Shown: positions 23,167-34,196 of the stretch, piece by piece
Numbering within the stretch: the first letter of the stretch is position 1
How the letters are laid out: every line of letters begins with the position of its first letter
Made by a program: the position numbers and the translations under genes
The notes under the pieces: generated by a model
Seen by the model: only the letters and a program-made list of their open reading frames with translations
Database searches by the model: none
What the model was told of the DNA's origin: nothing
NCBI GenBank assembly: GCA_002352345.1
Contig: DEIG01000014.1
Coordinates: forward strand, 33-64,032
Direction of reading: 5' to 3'
DNA length: 64,000 nucleotides
From: Methylococcaceae bacterium UBA2780
Lineage (GTDB): Bacteria > Pseudomonadota > Gammaproteobacteria > Methylococcales > UBA2780

Positions 23167-24134
23167 CAGACCATAAAGCGCCTTCACGCTCAACACCAGA
23201 AACCCATCAACGCAACGCGACAAAACTATCCAGGATTCCTATTAAGGTTGAAAAGGCAGAGACAATTTTGCGCAAGCCATCATGGATTCGTGCAAAAGTG
23301 CCATCGGGCGAAAATATCAGCAAAATTAAAAAAACGCTTCGCAAGCACAGTCTTTATACCGTTTGTGAAGAGGCTGCCTGTCCAAATCTTGGTGAATGTT
23401 TCAATAGTGGAACCGCCACCTTCATGATCATGGGTGATATCTGCACGCGCCGTTGCCCATTCTGTGACGTTGCTCATGGCAAACCCAAGCCACTCGACAC
23501 AGAAGAGCCCAAAAATCTCGCCGAAACAATTCAAGAGATGGCTCTCAAATATGTTGTAATCACCTCGGTTGATCGTGATGACCTACGTGATGGTGGCGCT
23601 GGCCACTTTGCATCGTGCATTGAAGCCACTAGAGCGCTATCACCCAACACTCGGATTGAAGTGCTCGTTCCTGACTTTCGAGGACGAATGGATAAAGCGC
23701 TCGGTATTCTAGAAAACAGCCCACCTGATGTATTCAATCACAATTTGGAAACTGTTCCTCGCCTTTACAAGCAATCTAGACCAGGTGCTGATTACAAGTG
23801 GTCACTTAACTTACTCAAAGAGTTTAAAAAACGCCAACCTGAGGTTCTTACAAAATCAGGACTAATGGTTGGGCTCGGTGAAACGCTTGAAGAGGTTGAA
23901 GAGGTCATGCAAACACTTCGTGATCACCACTGCGACATGCTAACCATAGGCCAATATCTACAGCCTAGCCAAGATCATCTGCCCGTTTCACGCTATGTAA
24001 CACCAGAAGAATTCGAACAACTTGCAGAGGTTGGCAAGAAAATGGGGTTCTTACACGTCGCCAGTGCGCCGATGGTTCGCTCTTCTTACCATGCAGACAA
24101 CCAGGCCGAATCACTTTTTGAAGGCTCAAACTAA
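23163..24134 (+). CDS. lipA: Lipoyl synthase
   Basis: [12 protein letters not shown] and CTRRCPFC clusters, RSSY. Confidence 0.97.
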   Translation: MTDHKAPSRSTPETHQRNATKLSRIPIKVEKAETILRKPSWIRAKVPSGENISKIKKTLRKHSLYTVCEEAACPNLGECFNSGTATFMIMGDICTRRCPFCDVAHGKPKPLDTEEPKNLAETIQEMALKYVVITSVDRDDLRDGGAGHFASCIEATRALSPNTRIEVLVPDFRGRMDKALGILENSPPDVFNHNLETVPRLYKQSRPGADYKWSLNLLKEFKKRQPEVLTKSGLMVGLGETLEEVEEVMQTLRDHHCDMLTIGQYLQPSQDHLPVSRYVTPEEFEQLAEVGKKMGFLHVASAPMVRSSYHADNQAESLFEGSN

Positions 24135-24896
24135 GTGGACAATGGTTATCTCGTAGTCCGAATTATCGAGAATAGCCTACTACCTCCGGGTGGCCCGATT
24201 TTACTGGCACTATTTGCATTACTATTGGTTATTATTTTTAGAAGAATGTTGACTCTCTCGCTTTTAACGACTGCCATTCTGCTGATCTATTTTTCCGCAA
24301 TTCCAGTCACAACAGGCTGGCTAGATAGTCTTATTGATCACCCCAAACCCTTTGATATTGAAAATCAAAAGGCTGAAGCAATCGTCGTGCTCGGCGCTAG
24401 CCGCTACCGAGGTGCACCAGAATATGGAGGTGATACAATTTTCGGGTTTGGACTAGAGCGGATTCGCTACGCTGCGTGGTTACAAAAAAGAACCGGCATA
24501 CCCCTTTTAGCAAGTGGCGGCTCGCCAACAGGAGAGACCGTTTCTGAAGCAGAGTTGATGAAAAAAATGCTCGAAGAAGAGTTCTCTGTGCCAGTTAAAT
24601 GGGTTGAAACAAAAAGTAAAACAACGTGGGAGAATGCTCTCTATTCAAGCAAACTTCTCAAACAGGAGAGCATCAAGACAGTCGCTTTAGTCACACACGC
24701 TTGGCATATGCCTAGGGCGCAAGAGGCATTCGAAAAAAATGGCCTGATTATCCTACCTGCCCCAACACTATTTCATAGCAAAAATCCTTTAAACCGGGGG
24801 ATATTGGGGTGGGTTCCCGATGCCGGCGCACAATACAAAAACTGGTACCTATTTCATGAGATCGCGGGGCAGTGGTGGTACCGTTATAAATACTGA
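24135..24896 (+). CDS. YdcF/DUF218 (ElyC-like) protein
   Basis: AIVVLG, SGG, SEA, TTWENA, VTHAWHMPRA, HE motif, two N-terminal TM segments. Confidence 0.88.
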   Translation: MDNGYLVVRIIENSLLPPGGPILLALFALLLVIIFRRMLTLSLLTTAILLIYFSAIPVTTGWLDSLIDHPKPFDIENQKAEAIVVLGASRYRGAPEYGGDTIFGFGLERIRYAAWLQKRTGIPLLASGGSPTGETVSEAELMKKMLEEEFSVPVKWVETKSKTTWENALYSSKLLKQESIKTVALVTHAWHMPRAQEAFEKNGLIILPAPTLFHSKNPLNRGILGWVPDAGAQYKNWYLFHEIAGQWWYRYKY

Positions 24897-24899
24897 CTG

Positions 24900-27350
24900 C
24901 TACCCAAACAGAGCGACAGGACAGCCTTTCTCTAACCACAGCTCAACTTCACCGGAGCTCATCGGCTTTGAAAAGTAATAGCCTTGCCCTTTTTCACAGC
25001 CCATTTCAGCTAAAGCGGTTGCCTGCCACTCCTCCTCAATCCCTTCAGCGATAACACCTAAGCTCAAACCATGGGCTAGCATCACAATCGCCTTAACCAT
25101 CGCTTTACCCTTGTCGTCATCCATTTTGATAATAAAGCTACGATCAATTTTTAAAATATCGAATGGGAACCGATGGAGGTAGCTCAGCGATGAATAACCT
25201 GTACCAAAATCATCCATACTCAACTCAACACCCAGCCGTTTAATCTCCTCAAATTTCGACAACGTATGTACCTCCTCATCGACTAGCACATTTTCTGTCA
25301 CTTCAACTCTTAATGAAGAGGGATTGAGACCAGAGTTACTGAGCGCACCTTGAATATCAGCGACAAGATCCCCTTGTGAAAATTGTTGAGCGGCCACATT
25401 AACACTAACCGAAAAGCAGACTGCTTGCGGAAATCTTTGCTGCCATTCCACTAGCTGCCGTGTAGCCTCTTTTAGGACAAACTGCCCTATATCTATAATT
25501 AACCCGGACTCCTCTGCAAGCGGTAAAAAGTCTGCCGGAGAGACCAGCCCCCTCTCAGGGTGCTGCCAGCGAATCAATGCCTCAAAACCAACAATATCAG
25601 AGGTAACCAGGCTTGTTATCGGTTGATACCAAACCTTCAACTCCCCAGCTTGAATCGCATCACGAAGCTCATTTTCCTGTTGCAATTGCAAGATTGCCTG
25701 ACCATGAAGTGACTGGTTAAAAACCTGCAATCCAGAACCCCCTTTAGCCTTCATGCGGTACATTGCTATATCTGCATCTCGCAGCATTTCATCGGGCGTG
25801 CTGTAACCACTATCGTATTCGACAACCCCAATACTTCCCGCCGTCTTAACCTCATGCCCTTGCAGCTCAAATGGCCTTTTTAATGCCACTAGAATCCGCT
25901 CCGCAATCTGTTTTATCTCTTTCAAACAACCCGACTCGATAATCAGAGAAAATTCATCTCCGCCCATGCGTGCCAAGGTATCCTCAGCTCTAAGACACGC
26001 CGATATTCTCTGGCTAACTTGGCGCAGTAATTCATCTCCCGCCTGGTGTCCCAAACTATCATTAACCAGCTTAAAGCGGTCGAGATCCATAAATAAGACA
26101 GCAAAACTTCCCACTTCACCGCGTGCTCGTTTTAACATCGCCTGTTCAAGACGATCATTTAAAAGCTGGCGGTTAGGCAGCCCTGTTAATGCATCATGTA
26201 GTGAAGCATGGCGCAGCTCTTCTTCAGCCTCTTTTCGCTCGGTTATATCAAGAATGTTTACGACAATTGAATCTGCTCCACCCTGTTCGTCTTCGAGCAT
26301 TGCTGAGCCAATCAGAACGTGCCTCTCTTCCCCTTGTCCGTTCAGAAGCGAAGATTCAAAGCTATTCGCAAGCCCCGACTCGAGCAGCTTAAACTGCACT
26401 TTTATCTGCTCTACACTATCGGGACTAAAGAACTCGTCCCACTTTCTCTTTTGCAGGTCAACGAGTGAATGCAACCCGAGAAGGTCGAGCAGCTTTCTAT
26501 TTGCGTACGTCGTTTTATGGGTTTCAGCAGAGATTCGCCATACGCCCGACTGACTATTCTCTGTAAGCACTCGATAGCGCTCTTCATTTCGACTGAGTTC
26601 TTCATGCACTCGAGCCTGCTCTGTCTGATCTGTGGCAATGCCGCTCAGACCAATAACGCTTTGTTGATCATCGAATATAGGCGTCAAAATATTTTCAAAG
26701 TAACAGCCTCTATACTCGAGCATAACCGTCACCGTTTCACCTTTTAAAGCGCGTCTCACTGCAAGTAAAAATTCAGGTCGCTCACGGTGTATCTCAAAGA
26801 TACTCTTACCAACAGTTCTTCTCTCACTGGCGTGCAACAGCTCCATTGCCTTACCTTTGCATAGCGTAAAGACGCCTTTCTCATCCAGTGTAAAAATCAA
26901 AAGTGGGGCAGAATCAACAATCTCTTCTATTTGCCGATCCTTTAGGTATAGCAGCCTTTCAGCTTTTTTCTGATCCGATATATCACGATAAATACCCTGA
27001 AAACCGACATGCTGGTTACCACCATCAAAGATAGGTCGTGTACGCGCAGAAGCGGGTATTATTTTTCCATTTTTATGCCGAAAATCTAACTCAAAATGGG
27101 GGTCTAGTTTCTCACCAGACAAATAAAGCCGCGTCCTCTCCTTGCTTAGCCGCAAAGAGTCCCCCGTCATGGTTTTACCGTAGTTCTCTCCAAGCAGTTC
27201 ATCACGGCTATAACCGGTCATTCTCTCGAAGCCACGGTTAACCGCAATGAGCTCTCCGCTCACTGCAAAGAGTGCAATCCCATCGTTTGCATTTTCAAAA
27301 ATTGCTTCAAAATCAACCTGGAACTCATCCACCCTAACGATCATCTCCAC
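24900..27350 (-). CDS. PAS-PAS-PAS-GGDEF-EAL c-di-GMP signalling protein
   Basis: Three PAS/PAC repeats, intact GGDEF with upstream RxxD (RAED), EAL and DDFGTGYSSL. Confidence 0.93.
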   Translation of the reverse strand: MEMIVRVDEFQVDFEAIFENANDGIALFAVSGELIAVNRGFERMTGYSRDELLGENYGKTMTGDSLRLSKERTRLYLSGEKLDPHFELDFRHKNGKIIPASARTRPIFDGGNQHVGFQGIYRDISDQKKAERLLYLKDRQIEEIVDSAPLLIFTLDEKGVFTLCKGKAMELLHASERRTVGKSIFEIHRERPEFLLAVRRALKGETVTVMLEYRGCYFENILTPIFDDQQSVIGLSGIATDQTEQARVHEELSRNEERYRVLTENSQSGVWRISAETHKTTYANRKLLDLLGLHSLVDLQKRKWDEFFSPDSVEQIKVQFKLLESGLANSFESSLLNGQGEERHVLIGSAMLEDEQGGADSIVVNILDITERKEAEEELRHASLHDALTGLPNRQLLNDRLEQAMLKRARGEVGSFAVLFMDLDRFKLVNDSLGHQAGDELLRQVSQRISACLRAEDTLARMGGDEFSLIIESGCLKEIKQIAERILVALKRPFELQGHEVKTAGSIGVVEYDSGYSTPDEMLRDADIAMYRMKAKGGSGLQVFNQSLHGQAILQLQQENELRDAIQAGELKVWYQPITSLVTSDIVGFEALIRWQHPERGLVSPADFLPLAEESGLIIDIGQFVLKEATRQLVEWQQRFPQAVCFSVSVNVAAQQFSQGDLVADIQGALSNSGLNPSSLRVEVTENVLVDEEVHTLSKFEEIKRLGVELSMDDFGTGYSSLSYLHRFPFDILKIDRSFIIKMDDDKGKAMVKAIVMLAHGLSLGVIAEGIEEEWQATALAEMGCEKGQGYYFSKPMSSGEVELWLEKGCPVALFG

Positions 27351-27396
27351 TTAACAGTTAGCACAAAAAGCTACCCACAACAGATAAAATCTTGCT

Positions 27397-28065
27397 TTAT
27401 TCTTTTAAGAGTAGTCGCTGTTCCAGTTCTTTCAAGCGATCAACCGTTCCAACATCGAGCCAAAACCCAGAGTACTGCACACCTGAAACCTCTTTTTTCT
27501 CCATTGCTTCACGGAGTAATGGGGCTAAAGGAAATTTACCCGCGTGACATTGGTCAAATAGGCTTGGGTGATAGACACCAATTCCACTAAAAGTGTAGAG
27601 ATCTCCCCCTTCATTAGATACTGACTCAGCAGCGAGCGAAAAATCACCTTTAGCATTATGTGTTGGGTTAGAAACAAGCACAAGATGAGCTTTTCCTGAT
27701 AGTTCTGTTGGCAAAGTATGAAAGGGGAAGTCCGTCGCAATATCACCATTAACAACCAAAAAAGGCTGCTCACCCAAAAGGGGTAAAGCACGGTATATTC
27801 CTCCCCCTGTTTCAAGCCCAACCTCACCCTCTTCGGAATAACTTATTTTGCAGCCAAATTTCTCTCCATCTCCAAGCTTATCAATAATCTTTTGCCCTAA
27901 ATGGGCAACATTAATCACCAGCTCGGTAAAACCAGAACCGACCAAACTTTCAATGGTCCACTCGATGATTGGCCGACCAGCAACCTCTATCAATGGCTTT
28001 GGCGTTTGATCTGTTAAAGGGCGTAGCCGCTCGCCCCGCCCCGCTGCTAAAATCATCGCTTTCAC
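27397..28065 (-). CDS. murU: N-acetylmuramate alpha-1-phosphate uridylyltransferase
   Basis: MILAAGRGERLRPLT, LETGGG, paired with amgK. Confidence 0.9.
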   Translation of the reverse strand: MKAMILAAGRGERLRPLTDQTPKPLIEVAGRPIIEWTIESLVGSGFTELVINVAHLGQKIIDKLGDGEKFGCKISYSEEGEVGLETGGGIYRALPLLGEQPFLVVNGDIATDFPFHTLPTELSGKAHLVLVSNPTHNAKGDFSLAAESVSNEGGDLYTFSGIGVYHPSLFDQCHAGKFPLAPLLREAMEKKEVSGVQYSGFWLDVGTVDRLKELEQRLLLKE

Positions 28066-29117
28066 GATGCAATTGACCCAAGCTTTGGTATAACCAATTC
28101 TTCAATAATTTGGCCTAATCCAGACAGTTGCTTTCTACGAAGACAAACTGCTCGAACATAATCGACGGTTCGGGGAATATCACCTAAATAACCCTCTTTC
28201 CCATCTCGCAGTTTAAGTCTAGAAAAGATACCAATCGCTTTAAGATGACGCTGCACGCCCATTAGATCGAACCAATAGTAAAACCGATCAAAACTGACCG
28301 AGACTATCCCTGCCTCAATAAGCCGCTGGTGATAACTCTGAAGCCACCCCTTAACCTTCTCCTCAGGCCAACTGATATAGCAGTCCCTCAAGAGAGAAAC
28401 TAGGTCATAGGTCACCGGACCAATTACCGCATCTTGAAAATCGATAATGCCTGGATTTTGTTCGCTCGTTACCATCAAATTGCGTGAGTGATAATCACGA
28501 TGAACGCAAACTGATGGCTGATCTAACGCTGCGTTCACAAGCTCATCTTTTCCCTTATCGAGCCCTAACTGATTCTCTTCAGAGAGCCGAATCTCTAACA
28601 GTCGCTCCAAAAACCATTCCTGAAACAAGCCCATTTCGCGCATGAGTAAAGGCTCATCGTACACAGGCAGTTGAGAAGCAACCGTATCAATTTTTGATTG
28701 CAGCACGAACAGCGCATTCAAGGCATCCAAATAGAGGGCATCTGAGTGTTCAGTATCAAGTTTTTCGAGATAACTGACTGTTCCTAAATCGGTTAACAGC
28801 AAAAAACCCCGCGCTTTATCCTCTAGAATAATTTCTGGAACATTAACACCTGCCTTTGCAAACAACTTTGCCACATTGATAAAAGGGCGAACATCTTCCT
28901 GCTCTGGAGGAGCATCCATCACAATCTGGCTAAGCTCACCTCTCGTCACTCTAAAATACCGGCGAAAACTGGCATCACTCGATGCCGGTTCAATTATAAA
29001 TTCATCATCACCAAACTCGGATTTTAACCACCCGGTAATCTCCACAAGACGCTTGTCGTTAGTCAATTCTCTTTCCTTTAATTTCACCATCACAGAAGCA
29101 ATAAAACCGAGCTCCAA
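28062..29117 (-). CDS. amgK: Anomeric MurNAc/GlcNAc kinase (APH-family phosphotransferase)
   Basis: DASFRRYFR, HRDYHSRN, DFQDA, divergent from lptD. True start probably near 29066-29090. Confidence 0.88.
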   Translation of the reverse strand: MELGFIASVMVKLKERELTNDKRLVEITGWLKSEFGDDEFIIEPASSDASFRRYFRVTRGELSQIVMDAPPEQEDVRPFINVAKLFAKAGVNVPEIILEDKARGFLLLTDLGTVSYLEKLDTEHSDALYLDALNALFVLQSKIDTVASQLPVYDEPLLMREMGLFQEWFLERLLEIRLSEENQLGLDKGKDELVNAALDQPSVCVHRDYHSRNLMVTSEQNPGIIDFQDAVIGPVTYDLVSLLRDCYISWPEEKVKGWLQSYHQRLIEAGIVSVSFDRFYYWFDLMGVQRHLKAIGIFSRLKLRDGKEGYLGDIPRTVDYVRAVCLRRKQLSGLGQIIEELVIPKLGSIAS

Positions 29118-29220
29118 AAATAAACCTTAAAATGCCACTCCCACAGGCCAAAAGCGCTATTTTAGGTTGAAGAATTATTCATTCTATGCGATTTTATGCG
29201 GGTTCAGTAATCAATAAAGC

Positions 29221-31878
29221 ATGGTTAACCCAATTCACCTCAAAAAGCCCTTTCAATTACAGCTATTCATTAGCCTGTTAGCCTCCCCCTTAGCCGTTTT
29301 TGCGGCAGATAAATCGGGTTGGGATTGCCATCAGGACAAGGTGAGTGGGGAATGGTCGTGCGTGACCGAAAAGCAAGAACCGGCTGCGCCTCTTCCTCAT
29401 GAAGAGATACTTTCCGGAACTAAGACCACCAGTCCGGTTACTTCCCAGAAGAGCCCCTCAAAGCCACAAGAATCCACACTGTCTTCTAGCGCACAAAGAG
29501 CAGCTGCAACCCCCATCATTGCCGTTGTAAAACCCCTAATCCCCAAGCAACCAGGCTGGGGCTGCGAAGCTGATAAAGAAAATAGCGGGTGGGATTGCAA
29601 ACTAACAAAAGCTGAAGCAGGTGAAAAGGCCACTCATACCTTCTCTCGGGGTGGAGATAAAAAGAGTTCAGAACAGTTTGTCAGCAATGATGAAAAGCTT
29701 TTTCAAAATATGCTTAATGTCATTCCACAAGACCCTTGGGGAAATTGTGGAATTGAACGTGGTGGCCCCGTTATATATCGCACCAAAGAAACAACTGCTC
29801 TTCGTGAGCAATCCCCAGCTTATATTGAGTCAAATTTCTCCGAAGCACTTGAAAGTGATCAATTCGTCACCTTTAGCGGCAACGTAGATTTCAAACGGGC
29901 AGACCAAACTCTCCGTGCAGACAAACTCACCCACGATCAATTTGCCAACACGATCAGTGCGCAAGGAAATGTTCTTTACCGCGAAGAGGGAATGACATTC
30001 CAAAGTGAAAAGAGCTTTATGTGGCTCAATTCAGATCAGGGAAAACTGCACAACTCACAATTTATTTTTGAAACAGTTCCTGCAAGAGGCAGCTCTCAAC
30101 TCACAACCATTGAGAGTAAAACAGTGACACGCCACAACGATATCACCTATACAACCTGCCGACCTGGCAACCAAGATTGGGAGCTTGAGGCCAGCCGTCT
30201 AACGCTAGATCAGGCAAACGGCGTGGGTGTCGCTAGAGATGTTTGGGTGCATTTTAAAGATCTCCCTCTTTTTTACACACCTTGGATTACATTCCCAATC
30301 GACGACCGGCGTAAATCTGGTTTTCTCATGCCAAGCTTTAGCAGTGGTGATGAGACTGGCTTCGACCTAGCAATACCCTACTACTGGAATATTGCGCCAA
30401 ATTACGATGCAACCATCACCCCCCGCTACCTTTCTGAGCGAGGCTTTTTGCTCGGAACCGAGTTCCGCCATCTAAGTGACAGCAGTGAGAGCTCTATCGC
30501 ACTCGAATATATTGCAAATGACAAAGCAACGGATGAAGACCGTGGGCAGATAAACCTGCAAAGTGAAACAACTTTTAGCAAAAATCTAACCAGCAATATC
30601 GAAATAAACCTTGTCTCAGACGATGATTACCTCGATGACTTTGGCAACTCCCTCTCTCTCAACCTCACTCGCCATCTATACAGTCGCGCAGAGGTCAATT
30701 ACCAAGGAAATGGATGGTCTCTTCTTGGTAGAGTCGATGGATACCAGACCATTGACCGTGACATTGACTCAGAAGACCAGCCCTACCGTCGGCTGCCACA
30801 AATCGGTTTTAACATGAACAGGCAAGAGGGCCCTGTCGGCAGCCAATTTGACCTGAAATCAGAATTTGTCTTTTTCGACAAAGGTGACAGGGTTACTGGA
30901 AAGCGTCTGAATGTTCAACCAGAGATCTCTTTCCCACTGCGTACAGCCGCCTCATTTCTGACACCTAAACTGGCACTGCAAGCAACACATTACTGGCTGG
31001 AAGATCAACCGACAGGAGATTCTGACAATGTAAGCCGGACAACGCCTATATTCTCTGTAGACGGAGGACTGTTCTTTGAGCGTGAGCTGCAATTTTCTGA
31101 GCAAAGTTGGCAGCAAACACTCGAGCCACGCCTGTTCTATCTATACGTTCCGCACAAAGATCAGGATGATATTCCTCTCTTTGATACCAGCGAAAATGAC
31201 TTTAGCTTTAACCAGCTATTCCGCACCAACCGGTTTAACGGCATCGACCGTATCAACGATGCAAACCAATTAACCGCTGCACTGACAACCCGTTTCATTG
31301 AGGCAGATTCTGGTCGTGAACGGCTGCGCGCCAGTATTGGGCAGATTTTCTACTTTGAAGATAGCGAAGTTACAGTTCCTGGTGGGCAGGCCATCACAAA
31401 TAGCGGCTCTGATTTAGTAACGGAACTAGATGCTAGTTTAACCGACAGCTGGTCTCTACGTACCGGATACCAATGGGATCCATACCAAGGTGACTCTAAA
31501 CGGGCTACCGCATCAATCCGCTACCGAGATGGAATAGACCGCCTATTCAACCTTGGCTATCAATTTCGAGAAAACTCGATTGACCAAACCGATGTCTCAC
31601 TGCGCTGGCCAATTGCTAGTAGCTGGCATGGCATCGCACGCTGGAACTATTCACTAAGCGACGAAATCATCCTCGACAGTTTTGTGGGTGTTGAGAAAGA
31701 AAACTGCTGCTGGAGATTTAAGGTGCTATTTCGCCATTCTGTTGATGATATTAACAGCGATCCTGAAACTGCCTTCTTCTTCCAAATTGAGCTTAAAGGG
31801 CTCACAAGTTTTGGGCAAAAACTTGATTCTATTCTGTCCCAAGAAGTACCTGGATATCCGCTCTCTAGAACTAGGTAA
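29221..31878 (+). CDS. lptD: LPS-assembly protein LptD
   Basis: YTTC, RKSGFL, PYYWNIAPNYD, LEPRLFYLY, ENCCW, upstream of surA. Confidence 0.95.
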   Translation: MVNPIHLKKPFQLQLFISLLASPLAVFAADKSGWDCHQDKVSGEWSCVTEKQEPAAPLPHEEILSGTKTTSPVTSQKSPSKPQESTLSSSAQRAAATPIIAVVKPLIPKQPGWGCEADKENSGWDCKLTKAEAGEKATHTFSRGGDKKSSEQFVSNDEKLFQNMLNVIPQDPWGNCGIERGGPVIYRTKETTALREQSPAYIESNFSEALESDQFVTFSGNVDFKRADQTLRADKLTHDQFANTISAQGNVLYREEGMTFQSEKSFMWLNSDQGKLHNSQFIFETVPARGSSQLTTIESKTVTRHNDITYTTCRPGNQDWELEASRLTLDQANGVGVARDVWVHFKDLPLFYTPWITFPIDDRRKSGFLMPSFSSGDETGFDLAIPYYWNIAPNYDATITPRYLSERGFLLGTEFRHLSDSSESSIALEYIANDKATDEDRGQINLQSETTFSKNLTSNIEINLVSDDDYLDDFGNSLSLNLTRHLYSRAEVNYQGNGWSLLGRVDGYQTIDRDIDSEDQPYRRLPQIGFNMNRQEGPVGSQFDLKSEFVFFDKGDRVTGKRLNVQPEISFPLRTAASFLTPKLALQATHYWLEDQPTGDSDNVSRTTPIFSVDGGLFFERELQFSEQSWQQTLEPRLFYLYVPHKDQDDIPLFDTSENDFSFNQLFRTNRFNGIDRINDANQLTAALTTRFIEADSGRERLRASIGQIFYFEDSEVTVPGGQAITNSGSDLVTELDASLTDSWSLRTGYQWDPYQGDSKRATASIRYRDGIDRLFNLGYQFRENSIDQTDVSLRWPIASSWHGIARWNYSLSDEIILDSFVGVEKENCCWRFKVLFRHSVDDINSDPETAFFFQIELKGLTSFGQKLDSILSQEVPGYPLSRTR

Positions 31879-31904
31879 ACCGAACCCTATAAAAGCAGAA
31901 AATT

Positions 31905-33206
31905 ATGCCTTATAAAATTGTAAAGAGATCATTGGCCGCCATTCTATTTGCTGTTGCCCTAATAAACTCAACACAGCTCATCGCTAAAGAGCTTGATCGC
32001 ATTATTGCTGTTGTTGAGGATGGGGTGATTTTAAATAGTGAGCTTAATCACAAACTCGTAGCGGTCAAACAGAAATTACAGTCCCAAAACACCCAGCTCC
32101 CTCCTGATGCAATTATTCGCAGGCAGCTGCTTGATCGAATGATCACCAATAAAATTCAGCGCCAAATGGCAGCTAGAGGCGGTATCACAGCAGACAATGA
32201 GACTTTGCGAAGCGCCATGGTTAGAATTGCTGAAGGCAACGGCATGACTGTCGAAGAGTTCCGCAAAACACTTCATCAACAAGGCATAAGCTACGAAAGT
32301 TTCGTTGAAGATCTCCGAAATGAGGTGATCCTGAACCGGCTTAGATCAAGCGTTGTAGATCGCAACATTAAGATCTCCGATCATGAAATAGATCGAATGC
32401 TGAAAGCACAAGGTGAGCACGGCGGCAATCAGCAAGCCGAGTTCCAATTAGGCCACATTCTAATCTCAACACCCGAGGCAGCCTCGCCAGCGCAAATCCA
32501 ACAGACACGCTCTCGCACCGAGAGAATCGCTCAATCACTTAAAGATGGCGCTGATTTCAAGAAAACGGCCGTTAGCATCTCAGATGGTGGGCAAGCGCTT
32601 CAAGGTGGAGATCTTGGCTGGCGAAAGATAGGGCAACTTCCAACCCTATTCGCCGATTTAGCTCTTAAAATGCAGAAAGGCGAGATTGCAGGGCCGATTC
32701 AAAGCCCAAGTGGTTTCCACATTATTAAACTACTCGACATCCGCGGCGTGCAAAAACATATTATTTCTCAAACTAAGGTCCGCCATATCCTCATTAAAAC
32801 AAACGACCTTATTTCTGATGAAGATGCCAAGAAAAGGCTAACAGACCTTAAAGAGCGGCTCGAAAATGGTGAAGATTTTGCTACCCTAGCACGTGCAAAC
32901 TCTGATGATACAACCTCTGCTATCAAAGGGGGCGAGTTAGGCTGGGTTAGCCAAGGTGTTCTTGTTAAACCCTTTCAAGAGACAATGAACAAACTTCCTA
33001 TCGAGACATTAAGCGAACCGGTCCAAACCCAGTTCGGTTGGCACATTATTGAAGTACAAGAGAGGAAAAATCGCGACAACACAAGCGAATACAAACGGAA
33101 TAAAGTACGAGAGATTATCCGCCGACGCAAAATTGAGGAAGAGAAGGTACTTTGGTTGCGCCGAATCCGTGATGAAGCCTATGTTGAAATTCGCCTCGAA
33201 GAATAG
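31905..33206 (+). CDS. surA: Periplasmic chaperone/PPIase SurA
   Basis: LDRIIAVV, two parvulin domains (GGDLGW, GGELGW, GFHI/GWHI). Confidence 0.95.
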   Translation: MPYKIVKRSLAAILFAVALINSTQLIAKELDRIIAVVEDGVILNSELNHKLVAVKQKLQSQNTQLPPDAIIRRQLLDRMITNKIQRQMAARGGITADNETLRSAMVRIAEGNGMTVEEFRKTLHQQGISYESFVEDLRNEVILNRLRSSVVDRNIKISDHEIDRMLKAQGEHGGNQQAEFQLGHILISTPEAASPAQIQQTRSRTERIAQSLKDGADFKKTAVSISDGGQALQGGDLGWRKIGQLPTLFADLALKMQKGEIAGPIQSPSGFHIIKLLDIRGVQKHIISQTKVRHILIKTNDLISDEDAKKRLTDLKERLENGEDFATLARANSDDTTSAIKGGELGWVSQGVLVKPFQETMNKLPIETLSEPVQTQFGWHIIEVQERKNRDNTSEYKRNKVREIIRRRKIEEEKVLWLRRIRDEAYVEIRLEE

Positions 33207-34183
33207 TGTCATTAGCTCGCATCGCTTTCACACCGGGAGAACCAGCCGGAATTGGACCTGATTTAGCCGTTCTAATTGCGCAACAGCCCCTAAACTGCGA
33301 GCTTATTGCCTTTACAGATCCAGACTTACTTCGTGATCGAGCAGCGCTCTTAGGGCGCCCTCTCTCCATACGCAAAACGACACTTGAATCCGCTGCACAG
33401 AAACACCAACCGGGTGAAATTGCTGTTATCCCAACCACTCTTGGCTTCAAAAGCAGCGCAGGGGAAATAAATAAAAATGCAGCAGCTTACCTGTTAGAAA
33501 CGATCAAAGCGGCCACACAGGCCTGCCTAAAAGGCTACTGTTCTGCCTATGTCACTGGCCCCGTCAATAAAGCCTCAATTAATCAGGCTGGCTTCAGCTT
33601 TTCAGGCCATACCGAATATATTGCAGAACTGAGCGGAGGGCATCCCGTCATGATGCTTGCGACAGAAACTCTGAGGGTTGCCTTAGCAACCACACACCTC
33701 CCTCTCAGCAAGGTTTCTGCAGCGATCACCCAAGAGACTGTCGAAAAGGTTATAAGAATCCTTAATCACGACCTGGCAGAACGCTTTAACATCAAGAACC
33801 CTCACCTGCTTGTTAGCGGGCTAAACCCTCATGCGGGAGAAGATGGACATCTTGGCCACGAGGAAATTGAGGTAATTATTCCCGTCATTCAAAAACTTCA
33901 GAAAGAGGGATTTAATATTACCGGCCCACTTCCTGCTGACACCCTTTTTACGCCACAGCACCTTGAACATGCCGATGCAGTTTTAGCGATGTATCATGAC
34001 CAAGGCCTCCCTGTTCTTAAATACTCAGGATTTGGAAAGGCTGTCAACATAACCCTAGGCCTTCCTCTTATTCGCACCTCTGTTGATCACGGAACAGCTA
34101 TCGATTTAGCTGGAACAGGAAATATAAGCTGCGGGAGCTTAGAGGCTGCGATCCAGCAAGCAATCAAACTGAGCCAGAATTAA
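33206..34183 (+). CDS. pdxA: 4-hydroxythreonine-4-phosphate dehydrogenase
   Basis: GEPAGIGP, GLNPHAGE, MYHDQGL, RTSVDHGTA. Confidence 0.96.
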   Translation: MSLARIAFTPGEPAGIGPDLAVLIAQQPLNCELIAFTDPDLLRDRAALLGRPLSIRKTTLESAAQKHQPGEIAVIPTTLGFKSSAGEINKNAAAYLLETIKAATQACLKGYCSAYVTGPVNKASINQAGFSFSGHTEYIAELSGGHPVMMLATETLRVALATTHLPLSKVSAAITQETVEKVIRILNHDLAERFNIKNPHLLVSGLNPHAGEDGHLGHEEIEVIIPVIQKLQKEGFNITGPLPADTLFTPQHLEHADAVLAMYHDQGLPVLKYSGFGKAVNITLGLPLIRTSVDHGTAIDLAGTGNISCGSLEAAIQQAIKLSQN

Positions 34184-34196
34184 GTAACCACCTCTT

